A model generated the notes under the pieces. It saw only the letters and a program-made list of their open reading frames with translations. It did not search any database and was not told where the DNA came from. Both the position numbers and the translations under genes were made by a program. Shown piece by piece: positions 1 through 9,267 of a DNA stretch of 32,000 bases. The DNA is from Erysipelotrichaceae bacterium (GTDB taxonomy: Bacteria; Bacillota_I; Bacilli_A; Erysipelotrichales; Coprobacillaceae): contig JAQVDW010000003.1 of the NCBI GenBank assembly GCA_028698185.1, positions 1 to 32,000 on the forward strand. Reading direction: 5' to 3'. The stretch's first letter is position 1. The number at the start of each line of letters is the position of its first letter.

Positions 1-190
1 TTGTAAAATAGTTCATGGGTGTAATCCTCTCGTAAATTGTTTTTCGTCGAACTAATTTTACAAGGGTTACGCCCTTTTTTCTACTTAAAAGTTGAAATCC
101 TATTTACACAAAATATTTTACACTATCAAAATAATGATTTTTCATGTGAAAATAAAGTATTTTTATATTTTAAAAACAATTAGCTTTATA

Positions 191-218
191 TTGCTCAAAT
201 TTATTTAATGATTATAAT
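191..218 (+). promoter_or_regulatory. candidate sigma-A-type promoter for the glmS leader
   Basis: TTGCTC (191-196), 16-nt spacer, TATAAT (213-218). It lies about 30 nt upstream of the ribozyme 5' end. Confidence 0.4.
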
Positions 219-245
219 AATGCTATAGTGCGAAATAAATTTTCA

Positions 246-388
246 CAAGCGCCAGGACTCTTATGGAGTTGACGAGGATTAGACTTATCGAAAGATTCGG
301 CGGATGGTCTAACGGCATGGTAATGTCTGATAATATTACAAAAATAATGAGTGATCATTAAACAAATGATATTAATTACCCGCACTAA
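246..388 (+). ncRNA. glmS ribozyme: glmS ribozyme (GlcN6P-activated self-cleaving cis-regulatory RNA)
   Basis: AGCGCCAGGACT starts at 248 (cleavage-site region). GACGAGGA (271-278) and TTATCGAAAGATTCGGCGGATG match the conserved core as I recall it from the B. subtilis and B. anthracis ribozymes. A GGTAAT...ATTACC pairing closes the peripheral domain near 380. The element sits directly 5' of glmS. The 3' boundary is approximate. Confidence 0.85.
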
Positions 389-412
389 ATAAAAATTCAA
401 AGGAGAAGTTTT

Positions 413-2233
413 ATGTGTGGAATTACTGCATATGTAGGCAATGATAATGCTTTGCCGTTTTTGCTACAAGGTTTGGTGAAATTGGAGTATCGTGGTTACG
501 ATTCGGCCGGTGTCACAATTATCGACAGTGCCAACAAGATCAATACTTATAAAGCCAAGGGAAGAATTAAAAACCTTGAGGAACTACTTGAAGGAAATCA
601 TGTAGAAGGAAAAATAGGTATAGGTCATACAAGATGGGCCACTCATGGGGTTCCTTCAAATCTAAATGCCCATCCCCATACCAATAACACTTACACAATT
701 TCGATTGTCCATAATGGTATTATCGAAAATTACCAGGAACTTAAAAAGGATTTGATTGAAAAGGGATACCATTTCAATTCCCAAACAGACAGCGAGGTTG
801 TTGTCCACTTGCTAGATTACTATTATCACGGTGATATGCATGAGGCATTAAAGAAAGTAATCAGCATAATAGAAGGGTCTTACGCCCTGTGCGTTGTCCA
901 TAATGACAATCCGAATGTCATCTATATAACAAAAAAAGACAGTCCGATTGTATTGGGAAGAACTCAGACTGCCTCTTTGGCAGGGTCGGACATTCCGGCA
1001 ATTTTGGATTACGCAAAAGATGTCTATTTTATGGAAGATGGAGAGATTGCGGTTTTGACTAAGGATGATATCACTTTCTACGATGCTGATGACAAATTGA
1101 TCCAAAAGGAACTCATTCATATTCCATATGACAATGAGGCCGCTCAAAAAGGTGGTTATGACTCGTTCATGTTGAAAGAGATTCACGAACAACCATATGT
1201 AATCAAAGAGACACTAAGAGGACGGGTTGAAAATGGTGATCGTGTCGTCCTACCGGAACTTGATGCGATTCATGACAAGCTCCCAAGCTACAACAAGGCA
1301 TATTTCGTTGCCTGCGGTACCGCATACCACTCAAGTATTTTCGGAGCTAGTGTATTGGAAAAGCTGGCTGGAATTCCGACAATCACCCAAGTTGCTTCAG
1401 AGTTCCGATACAATGACCCGATAGTAGATGAAAACACCTTGGCATTTTTCGTGTCGCAATCAGGTGAGACTGCAGATACAATGGCGGCCCTGAGACTTGC
1501 GAAACAAAAAGGCGCTACTACAATTGCAATTGTCAATGTACTGGGATCCTCAATCTCACGGGAAGCTGATTATACGATCTATACTTTGGCCGGTCCCGAG
1601 ATAGCAGTTGCGTCGACCAAAGCCTATACAACTCAGATTGTTGTTATGGAATTGGTTGCGATGTATATCGCCCAGGCGTTGAACCGCAACAGTTACGACT
1701 ATCGCAAACTGATAGAAGGACTGTCAAGCTTGCCGGCGTATCTTGAAGAAATTCTTAAAGATGAGGAAATCTTCAAAGGTTATGCCAAATTGTTGGAACA
1801 TGAACGTGATTGTTATTATATTGGCCGAGGGCTTGATTACGCGTCGGTTTTGGAAGGTGCATTGAAAGTGAAGGAAGTTTCATACATTCACGCGGATGCA
1901 TATGTTGCCGGTGAATTGAAACATGGACCGATTGCTCTGATTGAAGAAGGATCAATCGTAATTGCTGTGGCAACTCAGCCAAACATAGCTTCAAAGACGA
2001 TTTCAAATATCCAGGAAACAATCGCTCGAGGAGCCAGAGTAGTGTTGTTCACAATAGAAGGATTGGATGTTCAAGGTGTCGAAAATACATACATCCTGCC
2101 AAATGTCGATCAATTGCTTCAAGGTATTCTTGTCGCGGTTCCATTGCAGCTAATTGCCTACTATACTGCGGTTTTCAAGAATTGCGATGTCGACAAACCA
2201 CGTAACCTGGCTAAATCGGTTACTGTAGAATAA
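413..2233 (+). CDS. glmS: glutamine--fructose-6-phosphate aminotransferase (isomerizing)
   Basis: 606 aa. The N-terminal MCGI places the Cys nucleophile right after Met (class II amidotransferase). Two SIS domains are present, and the C-terminus DKPRNLAKSVTVE is typical of GlmS. SD AAAGGAGAA lies 6 nt upstream of the ATG. Confidence 0.97.
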   Translation: MCGITAYVGNDNALPFLLQGLVKLEYRGYDSAGVTIIDSANKINTYKAKGRIKNLEELLEGNHVEGKIGIGHTRWATHGVPSNLNAHPHTNNTYTISIVHNGIIENYQELKKDLIEKGYHFNSQTDSEVVVHLLDYYYHGDMHEALKKVISIIEGSYALCVVHNDNPNVIYITKKDSPIVLGRTQTASLAGSDIPAILDYAKDVYFMEDGEIAVLTKDDITFYDADDKLIQKELIHIPYDNEAAQKGGYDSFMLKEIHEQPYVIKETLRGRVENGDRVVLPELDAIHDKLPSYNKAYFVACGTAYHSSIFGASVLEKLAGIPTITQVASEFRYNDPIVDENTLAFFVSQSGETADTMAALRLAKQKGATTIAIVNVLGSSISREADYTIYTLAGPEIAVASTKAYTTQIVVMELVAMYIAQALNRNSYDYRKLIEGLSSLPAYLEEILKDEEIFKGYAKLLEHERDCYYIGRGLDYASVLEGALKVKEVSYIHADAYVAGELKHGPIALIEEGSIVIAVATQPNIASKTISNIQETIARGARVVLFTIEGLDVQGVENTYILPNVDQLLQGILVAVPLQLIAYYTAVFKNCDVDKPRNLAKSVTVE

Positions 2234-2236
2234 GCG

Positions 2237-2260
2237 AAACCAGCGAATGCTGGTTTTTTT
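2237..2260 (+). terminator. rho-independent terminator of glmS
   Basis: AAACCAGC / GCTGGTTT 8-bp stem, GAAT loop, then a T-run to 2260. Confidence 0.8.
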
Positions 2261-2320
2261 ATATATGTATATAGATGTCACTTATTTGTAACATAACTAT
2301 GCTTATATTATTCTAATTTG

Positions 2321-2349
2321 TTGACAATAATTAGTACCTAAACTATAAT
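2321..2349 (+). promoter_or_regulatory. consensus sigma-A promoter for the activase-fusion gene
   Basis: Perfect TTGACA (2321-2326), 17-nt spacer, perfect TATAAT (2344-2349). Confidence 0.65.
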
Positions 2350-2389
2350 ATGTTAGAAATTATTGATAAGATTTTAGATGGGAGTAAAC

Positions 2390-5300
2390 ATGGATAAAAT
2401 TTATTTATTGGGGATTGACGTGGGGTCTACTACCGTCAAATTTTATTTAACTGATGAAAATAATGAATGCATTTTTTCGACATATCAACGTCATTTTTCC
2501 GATGTAAAAAAAGCAATAAAAGACTTATTTACTCAATTATATGATGAATATTCGGACATAAATATCAAGGTAGTGATGACAGGTTCAGGGGGCCTTTCAC
2601 TTTCAAAGTATCTAGGGATAAAGTTTGTTCAAGAGGTTATCGCGTGTACCAAGACGGTCGAAACATACATTCCTGAATGTGATGTGGCGATCGAACTTGG
2701 AGGTGAAGATGCCAAGATAACATATTTCGAAGCTTCTTTGGAACAGCGAATGAATGGGTCGTGTGCCGGAGGGACCGGGGCCTTTATCGACCAGATGGCA
2801 TCATTGATTCAATGTGATGCCTCAGGTTTGAATGAGTTAGCTAAAAACTATCAAACCATCTATCCAATCGCTTCAAGATGTGGTGTTTTCGCAAAGACCG
2901 ATGTACAACCACTGATAAACGAAGGCGCGCGCAAGGAAGATATAGCGATATCCGTATTCCAAGCGGTTGTAAACCAGACTATTTCTGGTCTTGCCTGCGG
3001 CAAACCCATAAGAGGGAAAGTGGCATTTTTGGGTGGCCCTTTGTATTTTTTAAGTGAATTACGTCAACGTTTCATTGAAACATTGAAAATCAAAGAAGAG
3101 GATGTTATTTTCCCCGACAACTCGCAGCTGTTTGTCGCCATGGGAGCGGCACTGCTGGCAGCCAATGAAGAGAAACTCGATATTCTTGGAGAACTTTTGG
3201 ATAAACTGGTCAATATGCCGGAAAATATCGGTGATAATACAAAAACTCTTGAACCTCTTTTCAACAGTGAGGAAGAAGTTGCTGAATTCCGCAGCCGTCA
3301 TCGAAAAAACGAGGCTCAACGCAACGACCTGGCAACCTACAATGGCAACGCCTTCCTGGGAATCGACGTAGGATCGACGACGACCAAAGCGGCTCTGTTG
3401 GATGACCAGGGTAAGATATTATATACCTACTACAATTCCAATGAGGGAGATCCGCTTGGAGTAGTGAAAAAGATAATTATTGATATCTACAATAAATTAC
3501 CGGATGGGGTCAAAATCGCCAGGGCCGGAGTAACCGGTTATGGTGAAGCACTAGTAAAGGCAGCTTTCAAGGTGGATATGTCTCAAGTTGAGACAATAGC
3601 CCATTATCGTGGCGCCCAGTATTTCAAGGAGGATGTAACTTTCATCCTCGATATCGGTGGACAAGATATGAAGGCTATAAAAATCGAGGATGGCGTTATC
3701 CAGGATATCTTGCTTAATGAGGCATGCTCATCGGGATGTGGGTCATTTATTGAAACCTTTGCGAAGTCACTGGGATATGAAGTTAAGGACTTTGCCAAAC
3801 TTGCCAACCAATCCCGTTTGCCAATTGACTTGGGATCGAGATGCACGGTATTTATGAACTCGAAAGTTAAGCAAGCCCAAAAAGAAGGAGCCAAAGTTGC
3901 CGATATTTCAGCAGGATTGTCATATTCAGTTATAAAAAATGCCTTGTATAAAGTCATCAAATTGAGAAATCCGGAAGCTGTTGGAAACAGTGTATTGGTC
4001 CAAGGTGGCACTTTCTATAATGAATCAGTGCTTAGGGCTTTTGAGAAAGAAACCAAATTGGAGGTCATTAGGCCGGATATTGCCGGACTGATGGGCGCAT
4101 TTGGAATCGGTTTGTTAGCAATGGAGGATTACCAGGGCCAAGAAACAACACTGTTGGACCAAAGCCAAATCGAAGATTTTCAAGTTGAAAGCGAGATTGT
4201 CCGTTGTCAAAAATGCAACAATCATTGCCTGATGACGGTATCGAGCTTCAATGACGGATCAAAACATATTTCTGGCAATAGATGTGAAAGAGGGGCGGAC
4301 TTGCCACCAGTCAACAAGAATTTTCCAAATATGTTCGATTTCAAGTATCGTCGCATTTTCAATTATCGTTCATTGGCAATCGAGGATGCACACCGTGGTG
4401 AGGTTGGAATACCGAGGGTATTGAACATATATGAGAATTACCCTTTCTGGCACACCTTATTTACCGCATTGAAATTCCGTGTGGTGCTATCAGGCAGATC
4501 GTCTAAAACCATATATGAAAAGGGTATTGAGTCAATCCCTTCCGAATCGGTATGTTATCCTGCTAAAATTTCGCATGGGCATATCGAGGACCTGGTTGAC
4601 AAAGGACTGAAATTCATTTTCTATCCTTCCGTAGCTTACGAAAGAAAAGAATTCGCAGAGGCTGATAACAGCTACAACTGCCCAGTTGTCACATCGTATC
4701 CTGAAGTAATTAAAAACAATGTCGACAACATAGTGAATGTGAATTTCAAGAATCCATTCGTGGATTTGTCAAATAAAAAGTCAATCTTCAAGATCCTGAA
4801 GGAAGAGTTCAAGGAATTCTCGGTAGGAGATAATGAGCTTCTGATTGCAATCAACAAAGCTTATGGGGAGCAAACCAAGTTCCGATTAGATATCGAAGAA
4901 CAGGGCGAGAAGGTGCTTAACTTCATCCAGGAAAACAATATCCAAGGAATTGTCCTTGCTGGGCGTCCTTACCATATTGATCCGGAGATAAACCATGGGA
5001 TTCCGGATTTGATAACGGGTGAAAAAATGGCAGTCCTGACTGAAGATTCGATTGCTCATTTGAGCACAGGCAATTCAAAATTGCGGGTGGTTAATCAATG
5101 GACATACCATTCTCGTCTTTATCGTGCTGCTGAGTATGTCGCTAACGATAATAATCTGCAACTTATCCAACTTACATCTTTTGGGTGCGGATTGGATGCA
5201 GTAACAGCAGACCAGGTAAGTGAAATATTGCATGCGAAAAACAAAGTTTTCACTTTGTTGAAGATTGATGAAGGTTCCAATCTGGGAGCTGTGAGAATTC

Positions 5301-6610
5301 GGATCCGTTCGCTAAAAGCGACTATGGACAAACGCAAAGTTGAAGAGGCGGCAGTCGAATTTAATGACTATCAGGCACACAAGGTTGAATTCACTTCCAA
5401 AATGAAAGAAGAAAAATGGACGATTCTTTGTCCGCAAATGTCGCCAATTCATTTCCAGTTTGTCGAGTCGGCATTCAAGTCTTCCGGTTACAATATCGAA
5501 ATATTGCCTTCAGTGGATACCAATGCCGTGGAGTCTGGATTGAAATATGTCAACAACGATGTATGCTACCCTAGTATTCTGGTGACAGGTCAGCTGATGG
5601 CGGCTTTGGAGAGCGGCAAATATGACCTGGATAAGACAGCTGTAATCATCTCCCAAACCGGAGGGGGCTGCCGGGCAACCAATTATATTGCCTTCATTCG
5701 CAAGGCGTTGGCTGATGCCAAATTGGACCACATTCCAGTAATTTCAGCCAACCTGCAAGGCTTGGAAACAAATTCCGGTTTCAAAATAACTTTGCCATTG
5801 GCGAAAAAAGCGATAATGGGAGCCGTCTATGGAGACCTGTTCATGCGTGTATTGTACCGGGTAAGGCCTTACGAACAAGTCAAAGGCAGTGCCAATGAAC
5901 TTTATAAAAAATGGGTTGATCAATGCCAAATCAACGTTACAAATGGCTCTCTTAGCGAATTCAGAAGAAACATCAAGTCGATAGTTCGGGAATTTGACAA
6001 CCTGCCACTTCTCGATATCAAAAAGCCAAGAGTTGGTCTTGTTGGAGAAATATTGGTCAAGTTCCATCCTACTGCAAACAACCAGATCGTAGACATAATT
6101 GAAGAAGAGGGGGGCGAGGCAGTAATGCCAGACCTTATCGATTTCTTCCAATATTCGTTCTTGAATATGCAGTACAAACAAAAGCAATACAATTTGAATT
6201 TGTCGAAGAAGTATATTTCAAAGGTATTGATCAGCTTTGTGGATCTGTTGCGATATGACATGCGCAAAGCTCTGACGCAATCAAACCGTTTTGCACCTCC
6301 GGCATCAATTTATCATCTGGCTGAAAAGGCAAAAGATGTTGTTGACCTGGGTAACCAGACCGGCGAAGGTTGGTTCCTTACGGGAGAAATGATTGAGTTG
6401 ATCGAGGCAGGTGCACCAAATATTGTCTGCATGCAGCCTTTTGGCTGTCTTCCAAACCATGTAACAGGCAAAGGAGCGATAAAGGCTTTAAGAAAAAATT
6501 ATCCTAGAGCAAACATCGTCGCTGTCGATTATGACCCGGGAATAAGCGAGGTCAATCAGTTGAATCGAATTAAATTGATGATGTCGACAGCTTTCAAGAA
6601 TTTAGATTAA
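2390..6610 (+). CDS. fused double BcrAD/BadFG/HgdC-type ATPase (activase) plus 2-hydroxyacyl-CoA-dehydratase-like/DUF2229 region; physiological substrate unknown
   Basis: The ORF spans 2378-6610. I place the start at ATG 2390 (GGGAG, 5 nt, ATG; MDKIYLLGIDVGSTTVK). Two activase ATPase modules are present (LGIDVGSTTVKF and LGIDVGSTTTKAAL) with the cluster-helix motifs CAGGTGAFIDQMA and CSSGCGSFIETFA. A Cys patch (CQKCNNHC...NRCERG) follows, and the long C-terminal half (QTGGGCRATNY, MQPFGCLPNH) is typical of the dehydratase-like partner domains. Confidence 0.85.
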   Translation: MDKIYLLGIDVGSTTVKFYLTDENNECIFSTYQRHFSDVKKAIKDLFTQLYDEYSDINIKVVMTGSGGLSLSKYLGIKFVQEVIACTKTVETYIPECDVAIELGGEDAKITYFEASLEQRMNGSCAGGTGAFIDQMASLIQCDASGLNELAKNYQTIYPIASRCGVFAKTDVQPLINEGARKEDIAISVFQAVVNQTISGLACGKPIRGKVAFLGGPLYFLSELRQRFIETLKIKEEDVIFPDNSQLFVAMGAALLAANEEKLDILGELLDKLVNMPENIGDNTKTLEPLFNSEEEVAEFRSRHRKNEAQRNDLATYNGNAFLGIDVGSTTTKAALLDDQGKILYTYYNSNEGDPLGVVKKIIIDIYNKLPDGVKIARAGVTGYGEALVKAAFKVDMSQVETIAHYRGAQYFKEDVTFILDIGGQDMKAIKIEDGVIQDILLNEACSSGCGSFIETFAKSLGYEVKDFAKLANQSRLPIDLGSRCTVFMNSKVKQAQKEGAKVADISAGLSYSVIKNALYKVIKLRNPEAVGNSVLVQGGTFYNESVLRAFEKETKLEVIRPDIAGLMGAFGIGLLAMEDYQGQETTLLDQSQIEDFQVESEIVRCQKCNNHCLMTVSSFNDGSKHISGNRCERGADLPPVNKNFPNMFDFKYRRIFNYRSLAIEDAHRGEVGIPRVLNIYENYPFWHTLFTALKFRVVLSGRSSKTIYEKGIESIPSESVCYPAKISHGHIEDLVDKGLKFIFYPSVAYERKEFAEADNSYNCPVVTSYPEVIKNNVDNIVNVNFKNPFVDLSNKKSIFKILKEEFKEFSVGDNELLIAINKAYGEQTKFRLDIEEQGEKVLNFIQENNIQGIVLAGRPYHIDPEINHGIPDLITGEKMAVLTEDSIAHLSTGNSKLRVVNQWTYHSRLYRAAEYVANDNNLQLIQLTSFGCGLDAVTADQVSEILHAKNKVFTLLKIDEGSNLGAVRIRIRSLKATMDKRKVEEAAVEFNDYQAHKVEFTSKMKEEKWTILCPQMSPIHFQFVESAFKSSGYNIEILPSVDTNAVESGLKYVNNDVCYPSILVTGQLMAALESGKYDLDKTAVIISQTGGGCRATNYIAFIRKALADAKLDHIPVISANLQGLETNSGFKITLPLAKKAIMGAVYGDLFMRVLYRVRPYEQVKGSANELYKKWVDQCQINVTNGSLSEFRRNIKSIVREFDNLPLLDIKKPRVGLVGEILVKFHPTANNQIVDIIEEEGGEAVMPDLIDFFQYSFLNMQYKQKQYNLNLSKKYISKVLISFVDLLRYDMRKALTQSNRFAPPASIYHLAEKAKDVVDLGNQTGEGWFLTGEMIELIEAGAPNIVCMQPFGCLPNHVTGKGAIKALRKNYPRANIVAVDYDPGISEVNQLNRIKLMMSTAFKNLD

Positions 6611-6666
6611 ACTTTTATTCCTAAGGACATTCTTTGTGGGAGTGGCTAGGATCCTTAATTGATTGT

Positions 6667-6803
6667 TTGAATGACTACACGGACAAAAGGTCATCTGTTG
6701 AAATTACAATAACTTTAAACTGCCTTGTGGGTTTTGTTTATGGACTATTTGAAATTTCAAACTTGTGATTTTATTAATGTCTGTTGTAGTCATTCAATTT
6801 TTT
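6667..6803 (+). repeat. long imperfect inverted repeat forming a ~131-nt hairpin followed by a T6 tract (complex terminator, 3'UTR element or sRNA)
   Basis: TTGAATGACTACACGGACA (6667-6685) pairs with TGTCTG-T-TGTAGTCATTCAA (6778-6797): 19 bp with one G-U and one 1-nt bulge. TTTTTT follows at 6798-6803. An internal perfect 14-nt palindrome TTTGAAATTTCAAA lies at 6748-6761. Confidence 0.5.
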
Positions 6804-6877
6804 ATTTAAATCAGTATATATTTAGGTTATACTTATAAGGTGTTTGAACTAAGTGCAACTAAGAATGGGTGGTTTTG

Positions 6878-7534
6878 ATGAAAATTTTTAAACTTATTTC
6901 CCGGGTAATTATTTCAGTGATTGTAATTGCCGTCGGAATCAATATATTTGTGGTTCTTGTAGGTCAGGGCAACAAGATAAGCGCTTCAACCGAAAAATAT
7001 GATTGTATTGTTGTTTTGGGATGCAGCGTCTACAACGATAATCCAAGTGCAATGTTGAAAGATCGGCTTGAAAAAGCTGTCGAGCTATATTTTGATGGCT
7101 ATGGCGATACCATTTTGATGTCTGGTGATGTCAATGGGGAATACTATGATGAAGTGGCGGTAATGCGGGAATTTGCTATTGAAAGAGGGGTTCCGGAATC
7201 AGCTGTAATCACTGATTCAAATGGGTTCTCAACGTATGCGAGTATGTATTCTTTGATGGAAAATTATTCATATTCGAAGTATCTGATTGTGACCCAACCA
7301 TATCATCTGTATCGCAGCCTTTTTATCGGGCGGATGTTGGGATTGAGTGTTGATGGTATCGGCAGCGAAGGCAACAATTATCCCGGCCAGCTTGAACGGG
7401 ACGTTCGCGAATTTTTTGCCCGGATAAAAGACACGATCAATATTGTCTTTAGAAATGAGCCAAACTATGTAACAAGAAAAGATGATATAATCGAATTGGA
7501 CGTGTTGGACGATTTCATTTCCGACCTCTTTTAA
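6878..7534 (+). CDS. sanA: SanA/YdcF (DUF218) family membrane protein
   Basis: N-terminal TM helix. CIVVLGCSV..., ILMSGD, LIVTQPYHLYRSLFIGRMLG and VREFFARIKD align by eye with E. coli SanA ([40 protein letters not shown]). Start taken at ATG 6878, after GGGTGG. Confidence 0.8.
   Translation: MKIFKLISRVIISVIVIAVGINIFVVLVGQGNKISASTEKYDCIVVLGCSVYNDNPSAMLKDRLEKAVELYFDGYGDTILMSGDVNGEYYDEVAVMREFAIERGVPESAVITDSNGFSTYASMYSLMENYSYSKYLIVTQPYHLYRSLFIGRMLGLSVDGIGSEGNNYPGQLERDVREFFARIKDTINIVFRNEPNYVTRKDDIIELDVLDDFISDLF
6896..6909. other. Noc-binding-site (NBS)-like palindrome
   Basis: ATTTCCCGGGTAAT matches 13/14 positions of the B. subtilis NBS consensus ATTTCCCGGGAAAT. It lies inside the sanA 5' end. 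Confidence 0.45.
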
Positions 7535-7561
7535 ACAAACTAATTTTAGTTTGTTTTTTTT
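7533..7561 (+). terminator. rho-independent terminator of sanA
   Basis: AAACAAACTA / TAGTTTGTTT 10-bp stem, ATTT loop, then a T-run. The stem overlaps the stop codon. Confidence 0.7.
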
Positions 7562-7614
7562 AAGTATATTTTAACTTCGGATCTTAACATGGAAATGTGT
7601 TCAGGAGGACGAAA

Positions 7615-9150
7615 ATGAAAAAAATAATTGCAGTATTTACAGCGTTCATAATTGCAGGATGTACGTCATCAACTCAAAGTGAAGAGCAAACAACTACCGA
7701 CTCAAATGCGGAGGCATCGGCTGATACGGTATCTTACGAATTTACCGACAGTGATCTGGATTACAGCTATGACAATGCTTCAGCTACAAGCATAAAGCTA
7801 AGTGACGGTGCCACTGTGATTGAAGGCGATGGAGCCAGCTTGGATGGTGACGTAGTTACTATTTCTAGTGAAGGTGTCTATGTTATCAGCGGGACCCTAA
7901 GCAATGGGCAAATTGTGATTGAAAGCGACGACCAAAGCAAGATACAGATAGTGTTGAGCAACGTTGAAATAACATCAAGCGACAGTGCACCGATATATGT
8001 GAAGCAAGCAGACAAGGTATTTGTCACCGTGGAGGGGACAAACAACCTGGCAACATCAGGGGACTACGAAAATGATGGAGACACCAATGTCGATGGGGTC
8101 ATTTTTTCCAAAGACGACCTTACAATCAATGGGGATGGCGAGATGTCAATACATGGGCCAGCCAACGGAATCGTATCCAAAGATGACCTTTGCCTGGTAG
8201 GACTCACCTTGGATATAGATGTTGGAAATCACGGATTGGAGGCGAATGACATCATCAAGATTCATTCTGGACAATATAATATCTCAAGTGACGATGACTG
8301 TCTCAACAGCAGCAATGAGGAGGATGCGAGCTTGGGCAACGTATATATATTGAATGGCGATTTCGACTTGAGCTCCGGTGATGACGGGATTCATGCCACG
8401 GGCTCAATAACCATCGATGGTGGCGAGTTTTCAATTGATACATCGGATGACGGGGTTCACAGCGACGTCTCGTTGACTGTGAATGGGGGTACCATCACTG
8501 TGATTGACAGTTATGAAGGTCTCGAATCCGGTGATATCATCATTAATGACGGAGTAGTAAACGTGACATCGAGCGATGATGGGGTGAATGTCAGCGGAGG
8601 GAATGATTCGTCCGGATTTGGCGGCGGCCAAGATCAGTTCGCCGTGGCAGACGGCAACTTGACAATCAATGGCGGTACAGTCACAGTAAATGCGAGCGGC
8701 GATGGTCTAGATAGTAATGGAAGCCTGATAATCAACGGCGGTCAGATATATGTATCCGGACCGACAAACTCAGGAAATGGAGCATTGGACTACAACAGTG
8801 AAGGTGCTATATCAGGAGGAAGCATAATCGCAATCGGCGCTTCCGGAATGGATCAGACATTGTCCTCATCAACCCAGGGGGTAATATATTACCAATTTGC
8901 CAGCAGTTACCAGACTGGAAGCCTTGTAGAAATTTATGATAGTGAAAACAACCTGCTTGACAGTTACACAGCCCAGTCCGCATTCAACATGGTTGTCGTG
9001 TCGAATGAAAATCTGAAAGAGGGAAATACTTATACTATAAAGATTGACGGTGATGATTACACTATTGAATTGGATTCACTGGCTTATGGAAGTCCCAATT
9101 CCCAGGGGGGTCAAAGATCGATGGAGCCAAACAGCCGTAGAGCGATATAG
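7615..9150 (+). CDS. secreted lipoprotein, carbohydrate-binding beta-helix family (DUF4353 / Cthe_2159-like)
   Basis: SD AGGAGG lies 6 nt before ATG 7615. The signal peptide carries a lipobox, FIIAG|C. Repeated S-(D/G)-DG-(I/V/L) ... (I/V)NGG turns (SGDDGIHATGSITIDGG, TSDDGVHSDVSLTVNGG, SSDDGVNVSGG, ASGDGLDSNGSLIINGG) and GQIVIESDD..IQIVLSNVEITSSDSAPIYVKQADKVFVT are typical of this family as I recall it. Confidence 0.7.
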   Translation: MKKIIAVFTAFIIAGCTSSTQSEEQTTTDSNAEASADTVSYEFTDSDLDYSYDNASATSIKLSDGATVIEGDGASLDGDVVTISSEGVYVISGTLSNGQIVIESDDQSKIQIVLSNVEITSSDSAPIYVKQADKVFVTVEGTNNLATSGDYENDGDTNVDGVIFSKDDLTINGDGEMSIHGPANGIVSKDDLCLVGLTLDIDVGNHGLEANDIIKIHSGQYNISSDDDCLNSSNEEDASLGNVYILNGDFDLSSGDDGIHATGSITIDGGEFSIDTSDDGVHSDVSLTVNGGTITVIDSYEGLESGDIIINDGVVNVTSSDDGVNVSGGNDSSGFGGGQDQFAVADGNLTINGGTVTVNASGDGLDSNGSLIINGGQIYVSGPTNSGNGALDYNSEGAISGGSIIAIGASGMDQTLSSSTQGVIYYQFASSYQTGSLVEIYDSENNLLDSYTAQSAFNMVVVSNENLKEGNTYTIKIDGDDYTIELDSLAYGSPNSQGGQRSMEPNSRRAI

Positions 9151-9267
9151 TTTACGGCCGATCAGATTTATTATAGCCTCAAGCTATGACTGACGAGATA
9201 TTTTAAATATTACCACTTACTTGAGATTTAGGTTAGAATGAAATCATCAAAAGAGGAGGAATTAAAT

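Noticed and set aside
1-31. Possible start of a divergently transcribed minus-strand gene (GAGAGG, 9 nt, ATG at 16-14, reading MNYFT... off the left edge).
   Set aside because: Only five codons are visible, so it cannot be supported as a feature.
139-154. parS-like sequence TTTTTCATGTGAAAAT upstream of the glmS promoter. More generally, I searched for parS (TGTTTCACGTGAAACA) because parAB are present.
   Set aside because: It matches only 12/16 positions and is not a perfect palindrome. I found no better parS match anywhere in the window, including inside parB.
212-400. 62-aa minus-strand ORF.
   Set aside because: It overlaps the glmS ribozyme and promoter, so it is explained by the RNA element.
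9151-9267. Looked for an S-box (SAM-I) riboswitch or a T-box leader upstream of metY, and likewise near metG.
   Set aside because: The metY spacer is only ~117 nt and lacks S-box and T-box conserved motifs. It seems to hold only a promoter-like TTACCA...TAGAAT and the SD. The metG 5' region is outside the window.
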